A DNA stretch of 29,597 nucleotides from Thermoproteaceae archaeon (GTDB taxonomy: Archaea; Thermoproteota; Thermoprotei; Thermoproteales; Thermoproteaceae): contig JAJHRB010000013.1 in NCBI GenBank assembly GCA_020833025.1, forward strand, positions 1 through 29,597. The letters run 5' to 3'. The notes below the pieces were generated by a model. That model searched no databases, had not been told where the DNA came from, and worked only from the letters and a program-made list of their open reading frames with translations. Position numbers and translations under genes: made by a program. How positions within the stretch are numbered: the stretch's first letter is position 1; every line of letters begins with the position of its first letter. Shown piece by piece: positions 7,514 to 16,459 of the stretch.

Positions 7514-9375
7514 AGTGCCACCATTAGCAGGAATATCGTCACTGCAAGCCCGACGATGCCGTAGAGCACGTACGTGCTAATGCTGCCCACGACGAGCCTC
7601 CTGGCCGCGTTCGAGACGGCCAGGAACGCCCTCGGCGTCAGGCTGTGGTACAGGTTGTCGAAAAGTCCCCTGTCGAAGACCACATAGACGAACTTGGCGA
7701 GCCACCGGTAGAGCAGGGGGAAGAGGCCGTCATATATTAGCGGTATGTAGAATCTGCGGTAGGCAAACTCCCAGAACGGCCACAGCGCCCTCGACCTAAA
7801 GCCAGGCAGTAGAACGTACAGCACCAGCCCCACGGCAAAGCCCGCAAGCGACGCCAGCACGGCCTCTGTCAGCGGGAACTCCCCCAGCATCGCAAAGTAC
7901 GCGCCGAGAGCGAGCGAGGCGAGTGCAAGGGCGGCGTACGGCGCCCACATGAGCGCCGGCGCCTCGTGAACCTCCTCCGGCTCCCTGCCGTGAACGAAGG
8001 TGAGGCCTATCAGCCGGAGGCCGTATATCGGCGTGATGAAGAGCAGTATGTAGAGCAGCGGCGCCAGCAGGACGTTGTACACGCGTCCCACCTCGAAGAC
8101 GTTCTCAAGCGCTAGCTCCTTGGTTATGTAGCCGATGAACGGCGGGATGCCGACGAGGCTGAGCATGGCGAGCAGCATGGACGTGCCCGTCACTCTCATG
8201 TGGCGCCACAGCCTCCCCACCTCGCCTATGAACCTGGTGCCGGCCTCGTGTATCACAGCGCCGTAGCCCATGAAGAGAGACGCCTTGGACACAGCGTGGC
8301 CCACGATGTGGAGGAACGCGAGCCAGAGGAGCGCGTAGAGCGCGTGCTCCTCATGAAGGCCGAGCAGCCCCGCCGCGCCGGCAGCCGCCGCGATTATGCC
8401 GAGATTTGCAGCGGTAGAGCCCGCGAGCACGAGCTTGAACTCCATTGCCGTCAGGGCCGTTATCGTTGCCGTGAGGGCCGTGGCGAGGCCCACGGCCAGC
8501 ACCGCCCAGAAGTACAGCTCGGCGCCGTGGACGTGGAGGAAGAGCGGGGCCGTGATTATGAGCAGGTACACTCCTGCCTTGACCATCGTCGCGGCGTGGA
8601 TGAGCGCCGAGACGCTGGTCGGGCCTGTCATTGCCGTCAGCAGCCACTCGGTGAAGGGGAACTGCGCACTCTTGGTGAAGGGGCCCATCGCGAAGAACAG
8701 CAGCGGCACTGCGCCGAGATATCTCAGCGCCTCCGCGTGGTGCAGCTCGCTGATGGCTGCAGTGCCCGTGGCCGCGTAGAACAGCGCCACGGCCACGAGG
8801 AAGAACGCGTCGCCGAATCTGACCGTCAGAATCGCGCGGAGGCCAGCAACGCTGGGAGGCCAGCCGTATTTCACGCCGAGTATCCTCTCGTCCTTGCCGA
8901 CCCACTTGTCGTACTCGTCGCGGTACCAGTGCCCTATGAGCGCCCAGCTTGCGAGGCCGACTCCCTCCCAGCCGCAGAGCAGGAACCAGAGACTGTCGGC
9001 GTAGACGATAATGAGCATTGACGTGGCGAAGAAGCCCATGAAGAACCAGTACCAGCCGGGCCTGTAGTCTCCCTCCATGTACTTGACAGAGTACAGCGAG
9101 ATGGCAGCAATGAGCCACGAGACGAGCATCCCCATCGGCAGGCTGAACCCGTCGAGCCTGACGTCAATCCTGGCGCCTATTGCGTCAATCCAGTCAACGC
9201 CGTAGACGCCGTGGGGCGGCCTGGCCGTGTAGACCCACGTGGCCAGCAGGGCGGAGATGAACGTACTGGCGGTGACGGCCCACGCCTTGAACTTCTCCGC
9301 CATGCTGGACAGCGAGACTACAGACGCGATGAGCGGGGCGAAGATCGCGAGGAATACGGCGAGAGTCACGTCCAT
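7510..9375 (-). CDS. nuoL: NADH-quinone oxidoreductase subunit L
   Basis: GWEGVGLASWALIG, RFGD, TKSAQFPFTEWL, GPTSVSALIHAATMVKAGVYL. Confidence 0.93.
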   Translation of the reverse strand: MDVTLAVFLAIFAPLIASVVSLSSMAEKFKAWAVTASTFISALLATWVYTARPPHGVYGVDWIDAIGARIDVRLDGFSLPMGMLVSWLIAAISLYSVKYMEGDYRPGWYWFFMGFFATSMLIIVYADSLWFLLCGWEGVGLASWALIGHWYRDEYDKWVGKDERILGVKYGWPPSVAGLRAILTVRFGDAFFLVAVALFYAATGTAAISELHHAEALRYLGAVPLLFFAMGPFTKSAQFPFTEWLLTAMTGPTSVSALIHAATMVKAGVYLLIITAPLFLHVHGAELYFWAVLAVGLATALTATITALTAMEFKLVLAGSTAANLGIIAAAAGAAGLLGLHEEHALYALLWLAFLHIVGHAVSKASLFMGYGAVIHEAGTRFIGEVGRLWRHMRVTGTSMLLAMLSLVGIPPFIGYITKELALENVFEVGRVYNVLLAPLLYILLFITPIYGLRLIGLTFVHGREPEEVHEAPALMWAPYAALALASLALGAYFAMLGEFPLTEAVLASLAGFAVGLVLYVLLPGFRSRALWPFWEFAYRRFYIPLIYDGLFPLLYRWLAKFVYVVFDRGLFDNLYHSLTPRAFLAVSNAARRLVVGSISTYVLYGIVGLAVTIFLLMVAL

Positions 9376-10796
9376 AGTTTCACCCCCCTCGCAATACTAA
9401 ATATATTATCCGCGAGGAGTCTCGAAAACGGCGGGACCAGCAGTAATACTGAAATGAAGGCGAGCGCGACAATCGAGATCAGCGCGATGTCAACAGGCCC
9501 CCTGTCTTCCCTCTTGTGCGGGCCGAAGAATATGAGGCGAGTCGCGTTGAACGCGTAAATGGCGGTGACGAGCAGCATTAACGCGTAGGGCACGTAGTAG
9601 TGGTACTGGGTCCCGAAGCGCTCGGCATATGCCACCGTCAGCACGATTTCGGAGATCATGCCTATTGTCAGTATCCCGGCGAGGTTGAGGAAGCCGACTA
9701 TTGCCGCCCCGGCGAGCTCCGGGCGCCAGCCGTACAGCCCTCCCATTCTGTCTATGTCGCGCGTGTGCACGTACATTATCAGGTAGCCTGCTGTCATGAA
9801 GAGGACGGCCTTCCCGAGCCCGTGACTGAGGTAGAACAGCGCGGCAGCAGTGTACCCGTGCGGGTTCATCAGCGCGACCCCGAGTAGCATATACCCCATC
9901 TGGGACACCGTCGAGTACGCGAACAGCCTCTTCGTGTCGCGCTGCAAGTACGCCATGAGGCCGCCGTAAACTGCAGTGGCTATTGCGTAGTAGACGAGCC
10001 ACTCGCCCCACTCACTGCTGGGGAGGACGTACATCCCTATCGCCGCAATTAAATAGCCGCCGATCCCGACGAGCACGGGACTTAACAGCGCCGACAGCGG
10101 CGTCGGGGCCTCGGCGTGAACGTAGGGCAGCCACATGTGCACGCCGAGCGTCGCCATCTTAATCAGCGAGCCGACGAGTATGAGCAGGAAGGCGGCATAG
10201 TCAGCGCCGAGGCGGCCGTAGCCGGCCAGGAGGGGGACGTAGTACACCCCCCTAAGGCAGAGAAGCAGGAACCCGGCGAGCGCCAGGAACGCGCCTATGT
10301 GCGACCAGACCAGGTACATTACCGTTATTCTGACGCGGTCGCCGTACCCGTAGTACAGCACCTGGAACAGGGAGGCTATCAGCGCTATCTCTATGAACAC
10401 GTAGACAGTGATTAAGTTGGCAGCGACGAAGGCGCCTGCAAGCCCCCCGACGAAGAAGCCGTAAGTCAGGTAGAACACTGACGTGTCCATGCCGACCTCG
10501 TGGCTTCTGTGCTCCATGTAGGGCGGCGAGAACAGCGCGACAAAAATGCCGACGAGCGCGACCGTGAGCGCAAAGATCGCGTTGTACGGCACTAGCCTGA
10601 AAGCGGTAAGGTTGAATCCCTCGAGCGGGCCCTCCCTCAGCTCGGCGCCGGAGAATGTCACGTACGCCGACACGGCAAGCAGAGGCAGCAGGGACAGCGC
10701 GCATATGAGGCCTGCGCTGTACGGCGAGCGCTTCGCGGCTGCGTACGCCGCCAGCGATGCCAGCATTGGTATTACAACAAGCGGGAGGATTGTCAT
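9366..10796 (-). CDS. nuoM: NADH-quinone oxidoreductase subunit M
   Basis: HMWLPYVHAEAPTPLSALL, KRLFAYSTVSQMGY, SHGLGKAVLF. Confidence 0.92.
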   Translation of the reverse strand: MTILPLVVIPMLASLAAYAAAKRSPYSAGLICALSLLPLLAVSAYVTFSGAELREGPLEGFNLTAFRLVPYNAIFALTVALVGIFVALFSPPYMEHRSHEVGMDTSVFYLTYGFFVGGLAGAFVAANLITVYVFIEIALIASLFQVLYYGYGDRVRITVMYLVWSHIGAFLALAGFLLLCLRGVYYVPLLAGYGRLGADYAAFLLILVGSLIKMATLGVHMWLPYVHAEAPTPLSALLSPVLVGIGGYLIAAIGMYVLPSSEWGEWLVYYAIATAVYGGLMAYLQRDTKRLFAYSTVSQMGYMLLGVALMNPHGYTAAALFYLSHGLGKAVLFMTAGYLIMYVHTRDIDRMGGLYGWRPELAGAAIVGFLNLAGILTIGMISEIVLTVAYAERFGTQYHYYVPYALMLLVTAIYAFNATRLIFFGPHKREDRGPVDIALISIVALAFISVLLLVPPFSRLLADNIFSIARGVKLWT

Positions 10797-11092
10797 GCCT
10801 CCTCCTTGCTGGCTATTGCTGTCACGTCAACGTCGCGAGTGATGGCGTAATTCCTGTATATCAGCGCCGCGAGAATTGACGCCTCCGAGACCGAGACCAT
10901 CACTAGGATGAGCACGATGTAGAACGCGAGTGTTGGGTTTGCGGCGAGTGCCGGAGCGAGCATCGTGAAGCCGCCAACCGTCACGAGCTCCAGCGATATG
11001 AGTATGCGCACTAGATTCCTGGTGACGGCCACGCTGTAGAGGCCGAGCAGCACCAGCATAAGCCCGACGGCAAGGGCCGGTACCGCGCTCAT
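10793..11092 (-). CDS. nuoK: NADH-quinone oxidoreductase subunit K
   Basis: RNLVRILISLEL, VSEASIL; 99 aa; ATGA overlaps with neighbours. Confidence 0.9.
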   Translation of the reverse strand: MSAVPALAVGLMLVLLGLYSVAVTRNLVRILISLELVTVGGFTMLAPALAANPTLAFYIVLILVMVSVSEASILAALIYRNYAITRDVDVTAIASKEEA

Positions 11093-11526
11093 GCCCTCCT
11101 GGCAACTTCCACTCCCACTAGAAGAGACGCTGCGGCGACCGCAGCGAGCAGCACGATTATATTAATTGCGTCGCCGGGCGCGATTGCCGCGCCAGACGCC
11201 GGCAGAGCGGGAGCCGGGGCGGTCCACAGGAGAACTCCCAGCGCGGCGGCTATTACAAGTACGATCGACGCGAGAATAAAGTAACCGCCGCGCCACCTCT
11301 GCGCGCTGGCGTACATGGCTGCGGTGACTATTACCAGCAGCATTACGGCGCCGACGTAAATGATGAGTACTAGGAATGCCGGGGCGAACTGAGCCAAGTA
11401 CGCGTAATAGGCCCCTGTCATGCTCGCCGCAGCCGCGAGACTCGCGGCGGAATAAACATTGTCTCTCGCTATCACAGTTAGCAAGCCGAAGAAAAGAATT
11501 GCCGAGAGTAGGACTATATCGGCCAC
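11089..11526 (-). CDS. nuoJ: NADH-quinone oxidoreductase subunit J
   Basis: NVYSA...LIIYVGAVMLL motif. First gene of the operon, with TTTAAATA box at 11544-11553. Confidence 0.88.
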   Translation of the reverse strand: MADIVLLSAILFFGLLTVIARDNVYSAASLAAAASMTGAYYAYLAQFAPAFLVLIIYVGAVMLLVIVTAAMYASAQRWRGGYFILASIVLVIAAALGVLLWTAPAPALPASGAAIAPGDAINIIVLLAAVAAASLLVGVEVARRA

Positions 11527-11579
11527 AGCCCCTTCACTCTGGGTATTTAAAAAAGATTCTTGTTATTCATTTCAAGATA

Positions 11580-11606
11580 ATAACAGCCCGGGTGATAACA
11601 GCCCGG
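11580..11606. repeat. 12-bp direct repeat ATAACAGCCCGG x2 (period 15)
   Basis: Copies at 11580-11591 and 11595-11606. Confidence 0.8.
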
Positions 11607-11623
11607 AATCCCGCCCCGGGCCG

Positions 11624-12190
11624 CTAGCGGCACTGCCTTCTGAGAATCTCGGCAAGCTCTGTATGCCCGCCTCTCAGCGCTACATCGGCCGGGGTTCTGC
11701 CCCCACGATCTCTCGCGCAGGCGTCCGCGCCGTGTTCGAGAAGCGCGAACACGACCTCCCTGTGCCCTCTCGCGGCGTGGTGGAGCGGCGTCTGCCCGTT
11801 CTTGTCCACGGCGTTGGCGTCCGCGCCGTGCCTAAGCAGAATGCGAGCCACGTCCGCGCGATTCCTCGAGGCTGCCGCGTGAAGCGGCGTCCAGCCGTAA
11901 TTGTCCCTGGCGTTCGCGTCCGCGCCGCTCTTGAGCAGCACCTCAACAATTTCCGCCCTGCCGCCAGCTGCCGCCAGGTGTAACGGGGTCGAGCCGCCGT
12001 TGTTCCTTGCATTCACGTCGGCGCCGTGCGCTATTAGGATCTCGACAACGTCTCTGTGTCCGTAAACTACAGCGTAGTGAAGCGGCGTCCAGCCGTCACT
12101 GTCGCGGACGTTGGGGCTCGCGCCGGTTCTCAGCAGCTCGACTACTCTCTCTGCCTCCCCGAGACGCGCGGCCTCCAGGAGCTCGTCCAT
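11624..12190 (-). CDS. Ankyrin repeat protein (about 5-6 repeats)
   Basis: Repeated G.TPLH.A...G...V..LL..GAD.NA.D units. ATG 12190 preferred over GTG 12199 because of the TATA at 12212-12218. Confidence 0.95.
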   Translation of the reverse strand: MDELLEAARLGEAERVVELLRTGASPNVRDSDGWTPLHYAVVYGHRDVVEILIAHGADVNARNNGGSTPLHLAAAGGRAEIVEVLLKSGADANARDNYGWTPLHAAASRNRADVARILLRHGADANAVDKNGQTPLHHAARGHREVVFALLEHGADACARDRGGRTPADVALRGGHTELAEILRRQCR

Positions 12191-12260
12191 GCGCGCCACA
12201 GCCTCCGGGGCTTATAATTGCCGTGCCCCGGCCCCGGGAGGGGTCATGAGCTGGGGGGCG

Positions 12261-12755
12261 CTATTTGCACTCGCCGGGAGGCAGCGGTCTCACGCACGCC
12301 TTGATGGCGGCTCCCTCCACCGCGACGCTCATCGGCTCCAGGCACAAGCCCCTCAAGAACCCCTCTATGTGCAGCCTGTAGGTGTCAGCGGTATCCTGCG
12401 ATAATTTTATCGGGAGGTTTGTCATTTCGATGCACGGGGAGCTCTCGCCGCCTGCAGTTGAAATAGTGCCAAACCCGCCGAGTTTTGCCATCTCCTTCAG
12501 CCCCCGGAGCGCCTCTGTGCCGCTCTCCCACTGAAACATCTCCCTAATGACCCGCCCTGTTGCCTCTCCCTCTATTGCGAATATCAGGGCTGCGGCATCG
12601 CCGACGTACCTCCTCAGCGCCGTGACGAACGCCTCGGCGGTGTCGGCCGGGATAGCTATGATTCTGCGGCCGCGGTACTCGATGATTCCCCTGTCCATGT
12701 CTATTTTCAGCTCGCCCTTGAGTATTTTCTTGAGAGCACTGAAGAGCTCTATCAT
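12261..12755 (-). CDS. V4R/XylR_N-like domain protein, 164 aa
   Basis: G.I.YRGRRII.IP, F..G...G, GFG.I and GFLRGL pattern. The real start is ATG 12755, overlapping the upstream stop (ATGA). The track's first 138 aa are spurious. Confidence 0.65.
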   Translation of the reverse strand: MIELFSALKKILKGELKIDMDRGIIEYRGRRIIAIPADTAEAFVTALRRYVGDAAALIFAIEGEATGRVIREMFQWESGTEALRGLKEMAKLGGFGTISTAGGESSPCIEMTNLPIKLSQDTADTYRLHIEGFLRGLCLEPMSVAVEGAAIKACVRPLPPGECK

Positions 12756-13147
12756 ATCAACTCCGCGAGCCTGTCTGTGAGCCTGTCTAGCTCTAGAAGC
12801 AGGAGCCCCACGTTGGCATTCGGCGAGGCGAGCGCAACGAGACACAAGCCCTTTATTGCTTTTGTCAGCACGAGCCTGTCCTCGTACTGGACAATTGCGT
12901 GCTTCAGCTCTCCAAGCTTTAATTCCTCTCCAAATCTCACCAGCGCGCCTCTCGCTAGAGCCCACATTGCTGCGACAAGCTTGGGGTCGCCCGTTGGCAT
13001 GATGTAGGCGACTGGTAGGCCGTCTCTCCTGGCCACGAGAGCCCCGGACACGTCCCCGCCGCTGCGTGACATGAATGCTGCCAGCTCGTCCTTTATGAGG
13101 TCCTCGAGAGAAGGGGCCGCGAGCTTGCCCTCCTTCTGCGAGCTCAT
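12752..13147 (-). CDS. Roadblock/LC7 (MglB-like) domain protein
   Basis: ALVARRDGLPVA, VAAM, LGEL, ANVGLL; TATA at 13167-13174. Confidence 0.88.
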   Translation of the reverse strand: MSSQKEGKLAAPSLEDLIKDELAAFMSRSGGDVSGALVARRDGLPVAYIMPTGDPKLVAAMWALARGALVRFGEELKLGELKHAIVQYEDRLVLTKAIKGLCLVALASPNANVGLLLLELDRLTDRLAELI

Positions 13148-13293
13148 CAATTAAAGCGTGCAGGTACATTAAAATTTTTTTCTTGTGTATACACTAGGAA
13201 CTACTGTTGCCGCGGGTTTACGCGCACTTGCAGAAGCCTCTCCCGCTCTGCCGGCCCTGCCGGAGAGGCGGCCCAGATCTGTCCCTGATAGTC

Positions 13294-13319
13294 GAGCCTA
13301 GCGCTGAGGCTCTTTTTTT
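13294..13319 (+). terminator. Hairpin GAGCCT-N7-AGGCTC followed by T7
   Basis: Read directly; lies on the + strand although both flanking genes are on the - strand. Confidence 0.45.
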
Positions 13320-13448
13320 GCGCAGCCGCCTGTAAAGCCGCGAGCCTCGCCGCCTTCAGCCCCTCGAGCCGCCCTCTGCCACCGTCCTAGACGCCTGCGC
13401 CCCCTCTGTTAAGCCGCCGCGCCGGGCGGGCGCATCCAGCCGACTGCA

Positions 13449-14651
13449 CTATACAGCTGCACTCTTCTTAGCCAGCTGCTCGAACGTGACGACCTTCATG
13501 TCCTCCGGCATCTTGGCAAGCGGCCCGACTCTCGCCGTGATTATGAGCTTGACGCCCCGCTTTGCCGCCAGATCGACTACTCTCTGCGTCACTATGCCGT
13601 CCATTACTATCGCGTAGACCGCGCCTTCTGTAGATGCCAGGAAGTCCGGGAGCTCCCTCACAGGCACTCTCTTTATCAGCGACCAGCTCGCGTCGTACAG
13701 CTCGGCCTCGAGCGTCCCGAGCATCTCCTCCACCTTCTTGCTGGCATCAAACGGGAGAGAGAGCTGGGGCTGTTGCGCCTGTGCTGCCGCCTGCTCGGCC
13801 TGCTGCTGGGCCTGCTGCCGCTGTTGTGCCAGCCACTCCTCCGCTGGTATCTTGTTTCTCAAGGCCTTCGCGATCTCTTTGGCTGCCAGCTGCTCGACCT
13901 CCCTGCCAGGCGGCGCGCGGGCGATGTAGTCTATGTGTGCGACCTTCAGCAGCTCTCTGATTACCATCTCGCCGCCCTTGTCCCCGTCAACAAACAGTAC
14001 TGTTGTCTTCTTCTTGCTCAACTCCACAACTGTCTGGGGAATTCCCTTGCTTATGCCCTCCAGCGCAATGACATTTTTATACCCGTGCTTCACCAGGTTA
14101 ATAACGTCGGCCCTCCCCTCGACTACAATCAGCGTGTCGGCCTTGTCCACGTCGGGACCTGCCGGCAGCCTCTCAGGGCCGTACTCTATCACCTCGGCCT
14201 TGGCCACGTCCTCTTTCAGCCTCTCGAGTATTTCCTTGGTGTCTGGCAGCACCTCCTCCTCTATTATTTTCACGAGCTCCTTGGCCCTCTCTATAATTCT
14301 CTTTCTTTTCTCCTCGCGGAGGTCCTTGATTTCAATTACCTTTACCGTGGCCGGGTATGGCCCCACTCTCTCCACGCTCTCAACCAGCGCCGCGATGAGC
14401 GCGGTCTCGTATCTGTCCAAGTTACTCGGTATGTACACCCTTCCCTGGGTCTTGCCGTCCCTCTCTGTTATCTCGACCTCTATGCGCCCAACGCGGCCTG
14501 TGAGCTGCAGCTCTCTTAAGTCTATGTCCCTCCCGAGCAGCCCCTCCGTCTGCGAGAATACAGCGCCGATTACATCTGATTTATCCACCGTCCCGTTCAC
14601 TTCTATCTGTGCGACTATCATGTACTTTGCAGCGATGGTTAAGGCACCCAT
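13449..14651 (-). CDS. dnaG: Archaeal DnaG-like primase / exosome-associated protein
   Basis: GRVGRIEV, TOPRIM IVVEGRADV and FVDGDKGG, APPGREVE; TATA at 14675-14682. Confidence 0.95.
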   Translation of the reverse strand: MGALTIAAKYMIVAQIEVNGTVDKSDVIGAVFSQTEGLLGRDIDLRELQLTGRVGRIEVEITERDGKTQGRVYIPSNLDRYETALIAALVESVERVGPYPATVKVIEIKDLREEKRKRIIERAKELVKIIEEEVLPDTKEILERLKEDVAKAEVIEYGPERLPAGPDVDKADTLIVVEGRADVINLVKHGYKNVIALEGISKGIPQTVVELSKKKTTVLFVDGDKGGEMVIRELLKVAHIDYIARAPPGREVEQLAAKEIAKALRNKIPAEEWLAQQRQQAQQQAEQAAAQAQQPQLSLPFDASKKVEEMLGTLEAELYDASWSLIKRVPVRELPDFLASTEGAVYAIVMDGIVTQRVVDLAAKRGVKLIITARVGPLAKMPEDMKVVTFEQLAKKSAAV

Positions 14652-14721
14652 GGCATCTGCTGCTATCGAGCACCTTTAAAATCTTGAACCTCTTAAAGGT
14701 GACTCTTAGTTTGCACTCACG

Positions 14722-15597
14722 GTGCTGAGGGCGCTCAGACTGGCCGGCGACGTCGTGCGCCAGGCGCTCAAGTACGCAATAGACCTAGCGCAGCCTGGCA
14801 CGCCGGTGCTGGAAATATGCGAGAGAGTAGAAAAGCTCATCAGAGGCAGCGGCGCGAAGCCGGCATTTCCGGTTAACGTGGGCGTGAACGAGGTCGCCGC
14901 GCACTACACGGCAAAGCGAAACGATGTGCTGATGGTGCCGAGGGTTGGCGTGGTGAAAATTGACGTGGGGGTCCAGCGCGACGGGTACATAGTCGATGCC
15001 GCGGTTACTGTGGCCCTGGGCTCGCCCTTTGAGGGCCTCGTCAGGGCCGCCAGAGAGGCGCTGAGAGTTGCACTCGAAGCGGCCAGGCCGGGAGTCAAGG
15101 CGTGGCAGATAGGCATGGCAATAGAGAGGGCCGCTAAAAGGTTCGGCTTCCGCCCCGTCTACAACCTAACGGGACACAGAATTGAGAGGTATACTATTCA
15201 CGCCGGCGACGTCGTGCCGAACTATCCCGACACATCGGCGTCACAAGCCCTCAAGCCCGGCGATATTTACGCAATCGAGCCCTTCGTGACAAATGGCGAG
15301 GGCTTCGTGACTGAGAGGGGAGAGATCACGATCTACAGACTTACACAGACGAGGCGCAAGGAGTTCCGGCGGCTCATAGACATAGTCAGGGCAGAAGCGG
15401 GCCCCCTCCCCTTCTCGCCGCGCTGGTTTCCGCAGATAGACGACGCCGATATTGCGGCCGCGCACAGAGCCGGAGTGCTGCACGGATACGAGGTCCTGGT
15501 CGAGAGGTCCGGCGGCTTCGTGGCGCAGTTCGAGGAGACAGTATACGTGGACGAGGACTCCGTCATACTCCTGGCGGACACGCTCGAGCTGCTCTAG
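14722..15597 (+). CDS. map: Type II methionine aminopeptidase
   Basis: AFPVN..NEVAAHYT, KIDVGV..DGYIVD, TGH, AIEPF, AQFEET. Confidence 0.95.
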   Translation: MLRALRLAGDVVRQALKYAIDLAQPGTPVLEICERVEKLIRGSGAKPAFPVNVGVNEVAAHYTAKRNDVLMVPRVGVVKIDVGVQRDGYIVDAAVTVALGSPFEGLVRAAREALRVALEAARPGVKAWQIGMAIERAAKRFGFRPVYNLTGHRIERYTIHAGDVVPNYPDTSASQALKPGDIYAIEPFVTNGEGFVTERGEITIYRLTQTRRKEFRRLIDIVRAEAGPLPFSPRWFPQIDDADIAAAHRAGVLHGYEVLVERSGGFVAQFEETVYVDEDSVILLADTLELL

Positions 15598-15621
15598 CGC
15601 CGGCCGTAGGCCGCGGCGCGC

Positions 15622-16221
15622 CTACTCTCGCGCCCCTGAGCTCTCACCCCCGCCTGCCGCGCGCCTGCACGTTACGGCGTAAAACAGCTTCTCGGCAATC
15701 CAGTTTGCCTGAGACCCGACATAGTCGACCTTCCTCCGCAGCTCATAGTCCCGCGGCTCTAGGGCCAGAAGGTCCAGGTATAGACGCTCAACTATCTCTC
15801 TCAGCCGCACCACGGCGTCGATGTTTCCCCTGAGCAACTCCTCCGTCGCGCTCCTCCCGAGCTCGCCGGCAACGTCAGCGATGCCGGTCAGGTACGCGTA
15901 AACGTCAACGCCGAGCTCCTCGCGCGCAGGCAGCCGCCCTCCCTTCGCGAGCGCGTAGAGAGACGCCGCCTCGACGTATTCCTGGAATCCCGTGGCAGCG
16001 CTGCTGTAAAACATTGGCCACTCTGCCACAAGCTTTTTCAGCTTGGCCGCGGCCTCTTCCATATCCCTCAGTGCCCTGTATGCGGCAGAGAAATCGCCCC
16101 TTATGACGGAGTACACTACCGCTTTCGAGAGCCTGGCAACTCTGATTGATGTCTGTACAATTTCGTCCTTTGCCTGCTCATACCTCCTAAGCTCGTCATA
16201 CAGCGATCTAACATCCAGCAT
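15622..16221 (-). CDS. Translin/TRAX family protein
   Basis: FQEYVEA, YLTGIADVAGEL.R, LRRKVD; TATA at 16241-16250. Confidence 0.88.
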   Translation of the reverse strand: MLDVRSLYDELRRYEQAKDEIVQTSIRVARLSKAVVYSVIRGDFSAAYRALRDMEEAAAKLKKLVAEWPMFYSSAATGFQEYVEAASLYALAKGGRLPAREELGVDVYAYLTGIADVAGELGRSATEELLRGNIDAVVRLREIVERLYLDLLALEPRDYELRRKVDYVGSQANWIAEKLFYAVTCRRAAGGGESSGARE

Positions 16222-16459
16222 TACGCGGGCTGCACGGAAGGATAAAAATATTCATGCCCTTGCTGGGATCGCGCTCGGCAGTAATTGGTTGGGGCAAGCC
16301 TGGCAGACGGCGAGCGCGCCTCCTGGCGCTGGCGGCAGAGCCCGACCTCGTGATGCCGCGGCGCAGTGAGGCGCCTGGAGGCGGGAGGCTCGGGGAGGCC
16401 TACCGGCGTCCCGGGGGACTCCGGCCCCCGGAGTGCGGCGGGGAGTTAAAGGGAGCGCG

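Noticed and set aside
12756-13169. N-terminal 138 aa of track ORF 12261..13169
   Set aside because: Alternative frame overlapping the Roadblock gene; the real start is 12755.
16300-16450. RNase P RNA or C/D-box sRNA
   Set aside because: No GAGGAAA(C/G)UCC or 3' conserved region, and no well-formed C/D' /C'/D box set.
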